The notes beneath the pieces were generated by a model. The model was not told the origin of the DNA. It saw only the letters and a list, made by a program, of their open reading frames with translations, and made no database searches. Below are positions 20,681 to 29,099 of a stretch of 64,000 nt of DNA, piece by piece. This stretch comes from an uncultured Actinomycetota bacterium (GTDB lineage Bacteria; Actinomycetota; Thermoleophilia; Gaiellales; Gaiellaceae), in the NCBI GenBank assembly GCA_963801905.1, contig CAWDGP010000014.1:16215-80214 (forward strand), written 5' to 3'. How positions within the stretch are numbered: the stretch's first letter is position 1; every line of letters begins with the position of its first letter. Position numbers and translations under genes: made by a program.

Positions 20681-21855
20681 TACTGCCGCGGCAGCGCGGC
20701 GAGCAGGCGGTCGACCTCGTTCTCCATCGTGTAGTGGACGATCCCGATCCGCACGGCTCCGTCGGGTAGCCCGAGGTGCTCGAAGACCTCGATCGCGTAG
20801 TAGTTCCCGTCCCACACGGCGAACCCCGCCGCGCCGAGCCGGGCCGCCGCCTCCGACGGCGTCTCGTCCGGCGGCGAGACGCAGAACGTCGGCACGCGCC
20901 CCTCCATGGTCGGGGGCCCGTGCAGTGCCCACCCGTCCGGGAGCCCGTCGAGGAACCTCTGCCCGAGCTTGCGCTCGTGGTCCGTGATGAACTTCCAGCC
21001 CACGCCGTGCAGGTACTCGACGCACGCGACGAACCCGCACAGCAGCTCGTGCGCGAGCGTCCCCGTCTCGTGGCGCTGGCCGGGGGAATCGACCTGTGGC
21101 CGCACCTTGTAGGGCCGCCACCCCTCGGACACCTCGCGGCGAACCCAGGCCAGGCCCAGGTGCGGCCCGAAGAACTTGTACGGCGAGCACAGCAGGACGT
21201 CGCAGCCGATCTCGGGGATCTCGACGTCCCCGTGCGGCGCGTAGTGCACGGCGTCGACCCAGGCGAGCGCGCCGGCGGAGTGGGCGATCTCGACGATCTC
21301 CTTCACCGGCGTGACCGTCCCGACTGAGTTCGCGGCCATCGGGAACGCCACGACCTTCGTCCGCTCCGTGACGAGGGAGCGCAGGTGGTCGAGGTCGATC
21401 CGGCACTCCGCGTCGAGGTCGGCCAGCTTCACGACCACGCCCTTGTCGTGGGCGATCTCGAGCCACGGGGAGATGTTCGCGTCGTGGTCGAGCTTCGTCG
21501 CCACGACCTCGTCGCCGGCGACCCAGTCGCGTGACGCAGTCCGCGAGAGCGCGAAGTTGAGCGTGGTCATGTTCTGCCCGAACGTGACCTCGTCCGTCAT
21601 GACGCCGAGCAGGTCCGAGGCCGCCGCACGCGCCGACGCGATCACGTCGTCGGTCACCATCGAGGTGAGGAACTTGCCGCCGCCGTTCGCGTTGGCCGCG
21701 AGCATGTATCCCGACACGGCCTCGAGCACCGAGTCCGGCACCTGCGTCCCGGCCGGGCCGTCGAAGTAGGCCAGCGGGACGTTCAACGTGTGGAAGCGGT
21801 CCCGGACCGCCTCGATCGTGACGTCGAGGATCTGCTCGCCCTCGTGGTGCCCCAT
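20680..21855 (-). CDS. Class V aminotransferase-fold PLP enzyme (cysteine desulfurase-like)
   Basis: FDGPAGTQVP, DHDANISPW, CSPYKFFGPHLG (PLP Lys). Met at 21855 is preferred over the Arg-rich extension to 21927. Confidence 0.85.
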   Translation of the reverse strand: MGHHEGEQILDVTIEAVRDRFHTLNVPLAYFDGPAGTQVPDSVLEAVSGYMLAANANGGGKFLTSMVTDDVIASARAAASDLLGVMTDEVTFGQNMTTLNFALSRTASRDWVAGDEVVATKLDHDANISPWLEIAHDKGVVVKLADLDAECRIDLDHLRSLVTERTKVVAFPMAANSVGTVTPVKEIVEIAHSAGALAWVDAVHYAPHGDVEIPEIGCDVLLCSPYKFFGPHLGLAWVRREVSEGWRPYKVRPQVDSPGQRHETGTLAHELLCGFVACVEYLHGVGWKFITDHERKLGQRFLDGLPDGWALHGPPTMEGRVPTFCVSPPDETPSEAAARLGAAGFAVWDGNYYAIEVFEHLGLPDGAVRIGIVHYTMENEVDRLLAALPRQ

Positions 21856-21907
21856 CGACGGAGACCGTATACGACGCCGTCCGGACCGGGACCTACAGTG
21901 AGGCTCC

Positions 21908-22075
21908 GTGAGGCTGAGGCCGCTCACGGAAGCCGAGTGCTACGCCCGCTGCTACGGCGGGCGCAGCGAGGAGTCCGTCGCCCTCCTCTGGGTCGAGCCC
22001 CGCGAGAGCGAGCCGGCGCCCGACCCACGGGAGGCGAAGCGCGCCGACGCCGCGGAAGGGAGGGAAGCCGCCTGA
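21908..22075 (+). CDS. Candidate 55-aa ORF (VRLRPLTEAECYARCYGGRSEESVALLWVEPRESEP..), function unknown
   Basis: High GC3 over 55 codons in a 330-bp intergenic gap. Below the ORF-track size cutoff. No recognisable RBS. Confidence 0.3.
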   Translation: MRLRPLTEAECYARCYGGRSEESVALLWVEPRESEPAPDPREAKRADAAEGREAA

Positions 22076-22186
22076 CCCCGACCTGCCGCAGTTGGACGTC
22101 CCGCCGCCGCTTCGGCCCGCCTGCCCGCGGGCGCCCGCGCGTCGCGCTCCCGAGCGCGTGGATGTGCACGGCGACCTGGACCTCGC

Positions 22187-23137
22187 GTGTGCCACGCTGT
22201 CGACCGCGTGGCCGACTCCGCCTCAAGTAGCGCAGTCCCCGACGTCCTCGGCCCGAACCTCCGCTGCGTCTTCTGCGGCATCAACCCCGGTCGGGTCTCG
22301 GCCGCAGCGCACGCGCATTTCGCCAACCCGCGCAACGACTTCTGGCGGCTGCTCCACGACGCCGGCTTCACGCCGCGCCTCTACGCGCCCGAGGAAGCGT
22401 TCGAGCTGCTGAAGCTCGGCCTCGGCGTGACCAACGCCGCCTACCGTACGACCCCGGGCTCGGGCGACCTGCGCCGCGGCGACTTCGACGCCGGTCGCCT
22501 CGAGCAGATGGCCCGCGACCTCCGCCCGCACGCGATCGCGTTCGTCGGCAAGGAGGCCTACCGCGGCGTGTTCGGCGAGCGCCCCGAGCTCGGCCCGCAG
22601 ACACGGGAGCTCCACGACACCTCGCTCTTCGTCCTCCCGTCGACCTCGCCGGCGAACGCCGCCGTCCCGTATGCCGAACGGCTTCGCTGGTTCCGTGCGC
22701 TCCACGACTGGCTCGAGCCGGTTCCGCGCGCCGCGGTGCGCGCCCTGCTCGTCGACGAGGCGCAGCGCGCGCTCCTGATGCGCTGGCAGCGTCCGGGAGC
22801 CGAGTGGTGGATCTGCCCCGGCGGCGGCGTCCAGGAAGGTGAGACCGAGACGCAGGCCCTGCACCGCGAGCTCCTCGAGGAGGTCGGGCTGCGAGACGTC
22901 GAGCTCGGCGAGCGGGTCCACGAGCGCACCCACATCCTCCCGGGCCCGGGCCGCCTCCGGATCCAGCACGACAGCTTCTATGTCGTCCGCGTCGCCTCGA
23001 TCGAGGTGGAGCCGACGATCGACCTCGAGGCCGAGAACGTGACCGGCCACCGCTGGTGGACGATCGACGAGCTCGAGACGACCGACGAGCGCTACTCGCC
23101 TCCCGAGCTGATCGATCTCCTGCGCGCCGTTATTTAG
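22187..23137 (+). CDS. Fusion protein: G/U mismatch-specific (Mug/TDG family 2) DNA glycosylase N-domain plus NUDIX hydrolase C-domain
   Basis: VFCGINPG and VLPSTSPAN (Mug motifs) in residues 1-170. A perfect Nudix box GGVQEGETETQALHRELLEEVGL lies in the C-terminal half. Confidence 0.8.
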   Translation: MCHAVDRVADSASSSAVPDVLGPNLRCVFCGINPGRVSAAAHAHFANPRNDFWRLLHDAGFTPRLYAPEEAFELLKLGLGVTNAAYRTTPGSGDLRRGDFDAGRLEQMARDLRPHAIAFVGKEAYRGVFGERPELGPQTRELHDTSLFVLPSTSPANAAVPYAERLRWFRALHDWLEPVPRAAVRALLVDEAQRALLMRWQRPGAEWWICPGGGVQEGETETQALHRELLEEVGLRDVELGERVHERTHILPGPGRLRIQHDSFYVVRVASIEVEPTIDLEAENVTGHRWWTIDELETTDERYSPPELIDLLRAVI

Positions 23138-23158
23138 TGCACCCACTAGCCTGAGCCG

Positions 23159-23611
23159 ATGGAGGTCGTCGTCATCATCCACCTGCTCGCCGCCATGGTT
23201 TGGGTCGGCGGCTCCGTCGCGCTCGTCTTCGCCGGCGTCCCTGCGATCCGGGTGCTCGAGGGCGAGCCGCGCGGACGCGCGTTGAAGGAGCTGGGCCTCC
23301 GCTGGCGCCCGCTCGGCTACGGCGCGCTCCTCGTCGCCGTGCTCACAGGCGTCGTTCTCGCGAGCCATGACCGCGACGAGGGCCGCTCGCCGTTCGACAC
23401 GGTGCTCTGGGTGAAGGTCGGGCTGACGGGCGCGCTCGTCGTCGTCTCGTACCTCCACAACTACGTCTACGGGCCCCGCCTGCAGGCCGAGGTCGAGGAG
23501 GGCCGCCCTCAGAAGAGTCGTCCGACGCTCGTCGCCGTGGGTTGGACGAGCCTCGCGCTGACGATCACGGTGCCGATCCTCGGCGCGATCCTCGCCGATC
23601 TCGCGAGCTAG
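23159..23611 (+). CDS. Integral membrane protein (about 4 TM helices), function unknown
   Basis: 150-aa hydrophobic ORF. Its stop shares CTAG with convergent nadE. Confidence 0.7.
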   Translation: MEVVVIIHLLAAMVWVGGSVALVFAGVPAIRVLEGEPRGRALKELGLRWRPLGYGALLVAVLTGVVLASHDRDEGRSPFDTVLWVKVGLTGALVVVSYLHNYVYGPRLQAEVEEGRPQKSRPTLVAVGWTSLALTITVPILGAILADLAS

Positions 23612-25324
23612 TCCCGCCAGCGGTTGGTGATCGGCGTCCGCCGGTCGCGGCCGAAGGCCTTCGGGTGGAGCTTGACGCCCGGCGGGGCCTGGCGGCGCTT
23701 GTACTCGGCGCGGTCGATCATCGCGATCGCGCGCTCGACCACCTCCGGCTCGAAGCCGTCGTCCGCGAGCTCGTCGCGCGACCGGTCTCCCTCGACGTAG
23801 GCCTCGAGCACCGGGTCGAGCTTCGCGTAGGGCGGCAGGGAGTCCTCGTCGCGCTGGTCGTCGCGGAGCTCGGCGCTCGGAGCGCGCGAGATGATGCTCT
23901 CCGGGATCAGCTCACGGCCGGCGCGCTCGTTGAGGCGGCGCGCCAGGCGGAACACGTCGGTCTTGTAGACGTCCTTCAGCAGCGCGAATCCGCCGGCGAG
24001 GTCGCCGTAGAGCGTCGAGTAGCCGACCGAGAGCTCGGACTTGTTGCCGGTGGCGATCACGAGCCATCCGAACTTGTTCGAGAGCGCCATCAGGAGCGTC
24101 CCCCGCACCCGCGCCTGGACGTTCTCCTCGGTCAGGTCGGGCGAGCGCTCCGCGAACGAAGGCGCGAGGCCGGTGCCGAACGCCTCGACCATCGGCTCGA
24201 TCGGAATCTCGCGGAAGTCGATCCCGAGCGACTCGGCGAGCCGCCGCGCGTCGGTCTGCGTTCCCTCGGAGGAGAAGCGGGACGGCATCGAGACACCGTG
24301 GACGCGGTCGGCGCCGAGCGCCCCGACGGCGATCGCGGCGGTGAGTGCCGAGTCGATCCCGCCGGAGAGGCCGATCACGACATTCCCGAAGCCGTTCTTC
24401 AGGACGTAGTCACGCAGGCCGAGCTCGAGCGCGAGTTGCATCTGCTCGAGGTCGTCGAGCGGCTCGGCCGGGACGGGGCGCAGGAGCCCAGCGTGCTGCG
24501 CAGGTGCCGCGAAGCTCACCTCCGCCGGCGGTTCGCTCGCCCCTCGTTCGCGCGCCAGCGCGCGGCGCCGCACGTCGCGAAGCCGCCGGCCGACGGCCGC
24601 CGCCGGGTCGAGGTCGACGACGAGGAGCTCTTCCACGAAGCTCTCTGCCCGCGCCACGACCTCGCCCTCGTCGTCGAGAATGAGCGACGCGCCGTCGAAG
24701 ATCAGCTCGTCCTGGCCGCCGACCATGTTGCAGTAGGCGATGAAGCAGGAGTTGTCTCGGGCCCGCACTCGCAGCATCTCCTCGCGCTCGCGGTCCTTGC
24801 CGACGTGGAAGGGCGAGGCCGAGATGTTGAGGACGATCTGCGCGCCCGCGAGCGCCAGGTCGGTCGTCGGCGGGCCGGGCTGCCAGATGTCCTCGCAGAT
24901 CGTCGGGCCGGCGACCACGTCGCCGAAGCGCAGGAGCAGCAGGTCGGACCCCGAGGCGAAGTAGCGGTTCTCGTCGAAGACGCCGTAGTTCGGCAGGAAG
25001 CGCTTGCGGTAGACGGCCTGGACCTCGCCGTCGGAGAGTACGTAGCAGGCGTTGTAGAGATCCGTGTCGAGGTGCGGGGTGCCGACGAGTGCGACCGTCC
25101 CCTCGACCGCCGCCGCGATCTCCTCGACGGTCTTGCGCGCAGCACGGACGAACGCCGGGCGCAGCAGCAGGTCCTCGGGCGGGTAGCCGGTCACGGCGAG
25201 CTCGGGGAAGAGGACGAGGTCGGCGCCGGCGCCGCGTGCCTCGGCGAAGCAGCTCGAGGATGCGGTTTCGGTTGCCGTCGAGGTCGCCGACGACGCTGTT
25301 CATCTGTGCGAGCGCGAGTCTCAT
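23608..25324 (-). pseudogene. nadE: Glutamine-dependent NAD+ synthetase, frame break near 25240-25248
   Basis: ATG 25324 gives MRLALAQMNSVVGDLDGNRNRILELLR. The protein then continues in another frame: EARGAGADLVLFPELAVTGYPPEDLL.., TICEDIW, GLSGGIDS (PP-loop). Confidence 0.85.
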
Positions 25325-25351
25325 CCCAGGTTTTATCCTATCAGTCGAAAA

Positions 25352-25519
25352 CTAGTCGCGCTTCGCTGCTCGCCAGCGGAAGAAGGCCGAGACGCCGAGG
25401 AGGAACAGTCCCGCGCCGAGGCCCACGAGCAACCGGTTGCCACTCGAGCGGCCGACGCCGACGAGGACGGCTGCGCCCGCGAAGGCGACGATCGCGAGGG
25501 CGCGCATCCCCCCGAGCAT
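25352..25519 (-). CDS. Candidate 55-aa two-TM membrane peptide
   Basis: MLGGMRALAIVAFAGAAVLVGVGRSSGNRLLVGLGAGLFLLGVSAFFRWRAAKRD. High GC3. Below the ORF-track cutoff. Confidence 0.4.
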   Translation of the reverse strand: MLGGMRALAIVAFAGAAVLVGVGRSSGNRLLVGLGAGLFLLGVSAFFRWRAAKRD

Positions 25520-25525
25520 AGGGGG

Positions 25526-25581
25526 TTGACGCCTCGGTTAGTGGCGGCTAAGCTAGCGCGAACTAACTTAGTGGAAGCTAA
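25526..25581 (+). promoter_or_regulatory. Putative promoter (TTGACG-N17-TAAGCT) and two TTAGTGG-NNG-CTAA operator-like repeats upstream of the MFS gene
   Basis: TTAGTGGCGGCTAA at 25538-25551 and TTAGTGGAAGCTAA at 25568-25581, in a locally AT-richer stretch. A TetR gene lies downstream of the pump. Confidence 0.45.
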
Positions 25582-25595
25582 CAAGAGAAGAGGGT

Positions 25596-27045
25596 GTGGG
25601 AATGAGGGCAAGGCTCTTCGCAGAGGAGAACAAGAAGTGGTGGACGCTGGTCGCGGTCTCGTTCGGCCTCTTCATGATCATGCTCGACAACACGATCGTG
25701 AACGTCGCGCTGCCGTCGATCCAGCGCTCGCTCGGGCTCAAGGTGTCCGAGCTCGAGTGGGTCGTGACAGGCTACGCGCTGACGTTCGGCGCGTTCATGC
25801 TGATGGGAGGCAAGCTCGCCGACCTGTTCGGTCGGCGCCGCATCTTCGTCGCCGGCCTCATCGTGTTCACGGCGGCCTCGCTGGCCTGTGGGCTCGCGGG
25901 CGGCGCGACCGTGCTGATCGGCGCCCGGGTCGTTCAGGGCCTCGGCGCGGCGATGATGAACCCGGCGACGCTCTCGATCATCACCGTCACGTTCCCGCCG
26001 CACCAGCGCGGCAGGGCGATCGGGATCTGGGCGGGAGTCTCTGCCCTTGCGCTTGCGATCGGCCCCCTCGTCGGCGGCATCCTCACGGAGCGCGTGAACT
26101 GGAACTGGATCTTCTTCATCAACGTCCCGATCGGCGTCCTCGCGGTCGTCGCTGCCTACATGTTCATCACCGAGTCGCGCGACAACTCCCGTGAGCAGCG
26201 GCCCGACATTCCGGGCCTCGTCACCTCGACGCTCGGGCTGTTTGCGCTGACCTACGCCCTGATCGAGGCCAACAACTACGGCTGGACGTCGACCCGGATC
26301 CTGCTGTCGTTCGCGGTCGCGGCAGCGTCGCTGGGGTCCTTCGTCTTCCTCGAGCTGCACCAGCGTCTGCCGATGCTCGACCTCTCGCTCTTCAAGAACC
26401 GTGTCTTCGCGGGCGCGAACACGGTGATGCTTCTCGTCGGCCTCGCGATGTTCGGCGTGTTCTTCTTCGTCTCGCTCTACCTCCAGGACGTCCTGGGCTA
26501 CTCGCCGATCCAGGCGGGCGCCTCGTTCCTGCCGTGGACGCTCCTGATCGTCCTGCTCGCGCCGCGGGCGGGGCAGCTGAACGACCGCACCGGCCCGCGA
26601 TGGCTCGTCACGGGTGGGATGCTCGTCATCGCCGTCCTCGCTCTTCGTTTTCTCCCGGTTCGGCACGGGCGCGACATTCTGGGACTTGCTCCCCGGGATG
26701 CTCCTCGGCGGGGTCGGCATGGCGGCGGTGATGGCTCCGGTGACGGCGACGGCGATGGGCTCCGTCCCGCGTGACAAGGCGGGCGTCGGCTCGGCGGTCC
26801 TGAACAGCATGCGCCAGGTCGGCGGCTCCATCGGGCTCGCGCTGCTCGGTGCGATCGTCGCGCAGTCGGTTCCCTCGACGGGCCGGCCGTCTCCGTCGGA
26901 CTTCGTGACCGGCTACCACCATGCCCTCGAGGTCGCGACGCTGATCGCCCTCAGCGGCGCGCTGATCGCGGCGCTCACGCTCCGCAAGGTGCAGCACGCG
27001 CCGGAGCCCGCCAGGGCCTCGGCCGCAGCCGTCGAGGCGGCATGA
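25596..27045 (+). pseudogene. MFS transporter, DHA2 (EmrB/QacA-like, 14-TM) family, frame break near 26636-26642
   Basis: MLDNTIVNVALPSIQ.., GGKLADLFGRRR. ORF 25596-26774 is plausible up to ..GMLVIAVL. The protein continues in ORF 26614-27045 as LFVFSRFGTGATFWDLLPGMLLGGVGMA... Confidence 0.85.
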
Positions 27046-27067
27046 GCGTCCAACCGCAGGTTGGCCT

Positions 27068-27673
27068 ATGAGCGTCGAGCCGGTCGGCGCCGTCAGGCCC
27101 CGTCTCTCCGCGGAGCTCCGCCGCGCGGCGGTGCTGGACACGGCCTGCGCGGTGTTCTTCCGCAAGAGTTACCGTGGCGCCACGACAGCCGAGATCGCCC
27201 GCGAGGCAGGTATCACCGAGCCCATCCTCTACCGGCACTTCGGCTCCAAGCGCGATCTCTATCTCGCCTGCCTCGAGGAGGCCCAGCGCCAGTTCCGCGA
27301 GTTCTCGGAGGAGGCGATCGAGAAGGATCCGCACGGCTGCCTGGGCGCGATCGCCGACGCCTACATGGCCAAGCGCTCTCGGCTCCGCCTGGTCGACCTG
27401 TGGATCCAGGCGCTCACGGAGGCCTCCGAGGACGAGGTGATCGCGAAGGCCGTGCGCGCTCAGGTCCGCGATATCCACGAGTTCTTCGCCGACGTGATCC
27501 GGCGCGGGCAGGCGGGCGGCGTCGTGAACCCGGACCGCGACCCGGTCGCCGAGGCGTGGATCTTCATCGCCGGCGGCCTGCTCGCGACGATGGACCACCG
27601 TCTCGGCGGCCTCCTCGGCGGCGATCTCGACCGCGTTCGAGCCTCGCGCCGCACCTGGATGACCCCGGACTAG
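27068..27673 (+). CDS. TetR/AcrR-family transcriptional regulator
   Basis: HTH ATTAEIAREAGITEPILYRHFGSKRDLY. 201 aa. Confidence 0.9.
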   Translation: MSVEPVGAVRPRLSAELRRAAVLDTACAVFFRKSYRGATTAEIAREAGITEPILYRHFGSKRDLYLACLEEAQRQFREFSEEAIEKDPHGCLGAIADAYMAKRSRLRLVDLWIQALTEASEDEVIAKAVRAQVRDIHEFFADVIRRGQAGGVVNPDRDPVAEAWIFIAGGLLATMDHRLGGLLGGDLDRVRASRRTWMTPD

Positions 27674-27762
27674 AGCGGGCCACAAATGTAAGACCCGCGC
27701 CTGCGCGAGCAACGGCGACCGCCGCTGCGACTGCGCCCGAGCGTGATCCTGATGGAGGCGGC

Positions 27763-27792
27763 TTGACACTGCCGCAAAGGGTGAATTATGGT
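27763..27792 (+). promoter_or_regulatory. Sigma-70-like promoter of the ABC/catabolic operon (TTGACA-N18-TATGGT)
   Basis: TTGACA at 27763-27768 and TATGGT at 27787-27792, read directly. Confidence 0.5.
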
Positions 27793-27808
27793 CCTGCTCC
27801 TTGCCCCA

Positions 27809-27823
27809 TGGGAACGATTCCAA
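27809..27823. promoter_or_regulatory. LacI-type operator candidate TGGGAACGATTCCAA
   Basis: Inverted arms TGGGAA/TTCCAA between the -10 element and the RBS. Shares TGGGAACG-TTCC with the perfect palindrome at 43490-43502. Confidence 0.5.
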
Positions 27824-27856
27824 CAGGCTTCGGCCTAATAGTGCAGAGGAGATGAA

Positions 27857-28981
27857 ATGAGCGAAGGACAGCGCAGCCCTCTCAGGGCTCGCACGTTTGT
27901 CAGCCTCAGCCTCATAGTTGTGCTCGGGGCGGCAGTGATCGCGATGCTCGCGTCAGGCGCAGGCGCGACGAAGTCGTCGAGGACCGCTGCACACAGCGGG
28001 CCGTACACGTTCGTGCTGAGCAACAACTTCCTCGGGAACGACTGGCGGCCCCAGGTCGAGCGCCTCGCCACGTTGACTTCCGGTGTCGCGCCGTTCAAGG
28101 GCAAGGTCACGATGAAGATCGTGAACTCCCAGAACACCAACCAGGCGCAGATCTCCGACCTCAACAACATCATTCAGACGAAGCCGGACGCGATCTTCCT
28201 CATCCCCGGCTCGACGACCGCGTTGAACCCGACGATCCAGCGCGCGTGTGACGCCGGGATCCTCGTGTTCACGCTGTCGGCGCCGGTGAACGTTCCGTGC
28301 GTCTACAACCTGAACGAGAGCTTCTACAACGGGAACTACGCGATGGGCGAGTGGATGGCGAAGGCTCTCGGCGGGAAGGGCAGCATCTTCCTCGACCAGG
28401 GGATCGCCGGGCTCGCGATCTCGAAGCAGATCGAGAACGGCTTCCTGGCCGGCCTGAAGAAGTACGGACCGAACATCAAGGTTGTCGGGAAGTACACGGG
28501 CCAGTACGCAGCCGGCCCCGAGCAGTCGGGCATCAGCAGCCTCCTCGCCTCGCATCCTGACGTGAACGGCGTGATGACGCAGGGCTACTGCACTCCCGTG
28601 TTCAACGCACTCAAGGCGGCCGGCAAGTCCGCGGTTCCCGCGGTTTGCTACGGCTACAACGGTGAGATGACCGCCTGCGCGCAGGGCCATCAGTGCGCCA
28701 TCCTCACCAACACCCCGGGCGAGGTCCAGCTCGCGATGAAGATGGCGCTGGACATCCTCAACGGGAAAGCCGCCCCGAAGCACGGCAACACGATCATCCC
28801 GTACCCGATGTACCTGTACGTCACGGCCTCGCCGCACGTGAAGCTCAACAGCACGGTGCCGGCGCAGGTGCTCAAGCAGAACGTGAACTACTTCCCGAAG
28901 CTCGCCGCGGGCCTGTCCCTTCCGTACACGTTGCCGCAGTACGCGAAGCAGATCACTCCGCAGCAGGCAGCAGGAAAGTAG
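27857..28981 (+). CDS. ABC transporter periplasmic sugar-binding protein (CUT2/RbsB-like)
   Basis: 374 aa with an N-terminal TM/signal segment and periplasmic-binding-protein type I pattern. GAGGAG RBS. Confidence 0.85.
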   Translation: MSEGQRSPLRARTFVSLSLIVVLGAAVIAMLASGAGATKSSRTAAHSGPYTFVLSNNFLGNDWRPQVERLATLTSGVAPFKGKVTMKIVNSQNTNQAQISDLNNIIQTKPDAIFLIPGSTTALNPTIQRACDAGILVFTLSAPVNVPCVYNLNESFYNGNYAMGEWMAKALGGKGSIFLDQGIAGLAISKQIENGFLAGLKKYGPNIKVVGKYTGQYAAGPEQSGISSLLASHPDVNGVMTQGYCTPVFNALKAAGKSAVPAVCYGYNGEMTACAQGHQCAILTNTPGEVQLAMKMALDILNGKAAPKHGNTIIPYPMYLYVTASPHVKLNSTVPAQVLKQNVNYFPKLAAGLSLPYTLPQYAKQITPQQAAGK

Positions 28982-29099
28982 CCAGACCAGGTAGAGAGCC
29001 AGGAGTCGTGACTCATGCAGCGCTGCCGGCGGGCCCCCAACCGCGGGGGCACGCCGGCAGGGCGTGCTACCGCTCGTCAGCGTTCGCGGGCGGGTCACC

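Noticed and set aside
22073-22075. In-frame TGA between the 55-codon ORF and the Mug-Nudix gene, considered as a possible selenocysteine or read-through codon.
   Set aside because: The sequence between the TGA and GTG 22187 translates to low-complexity Arg/Ala/Pro text. No SECIS-like hairpin was recognised. Sharing a frame is a 1-in-3 coincidence.
27857-28981. Visibly lower GC in the sugar-binding-protein gene, considered as a sign of horizontal transfer.
   Set aside because: Third codon positions remain G/C-rich. The drop comes from an Asn/Lys/Tyr/Ile-rich amino-acid composition typical of periplasmic binding proteins, and the flanking genes show no boundary repeats or mobility genes.
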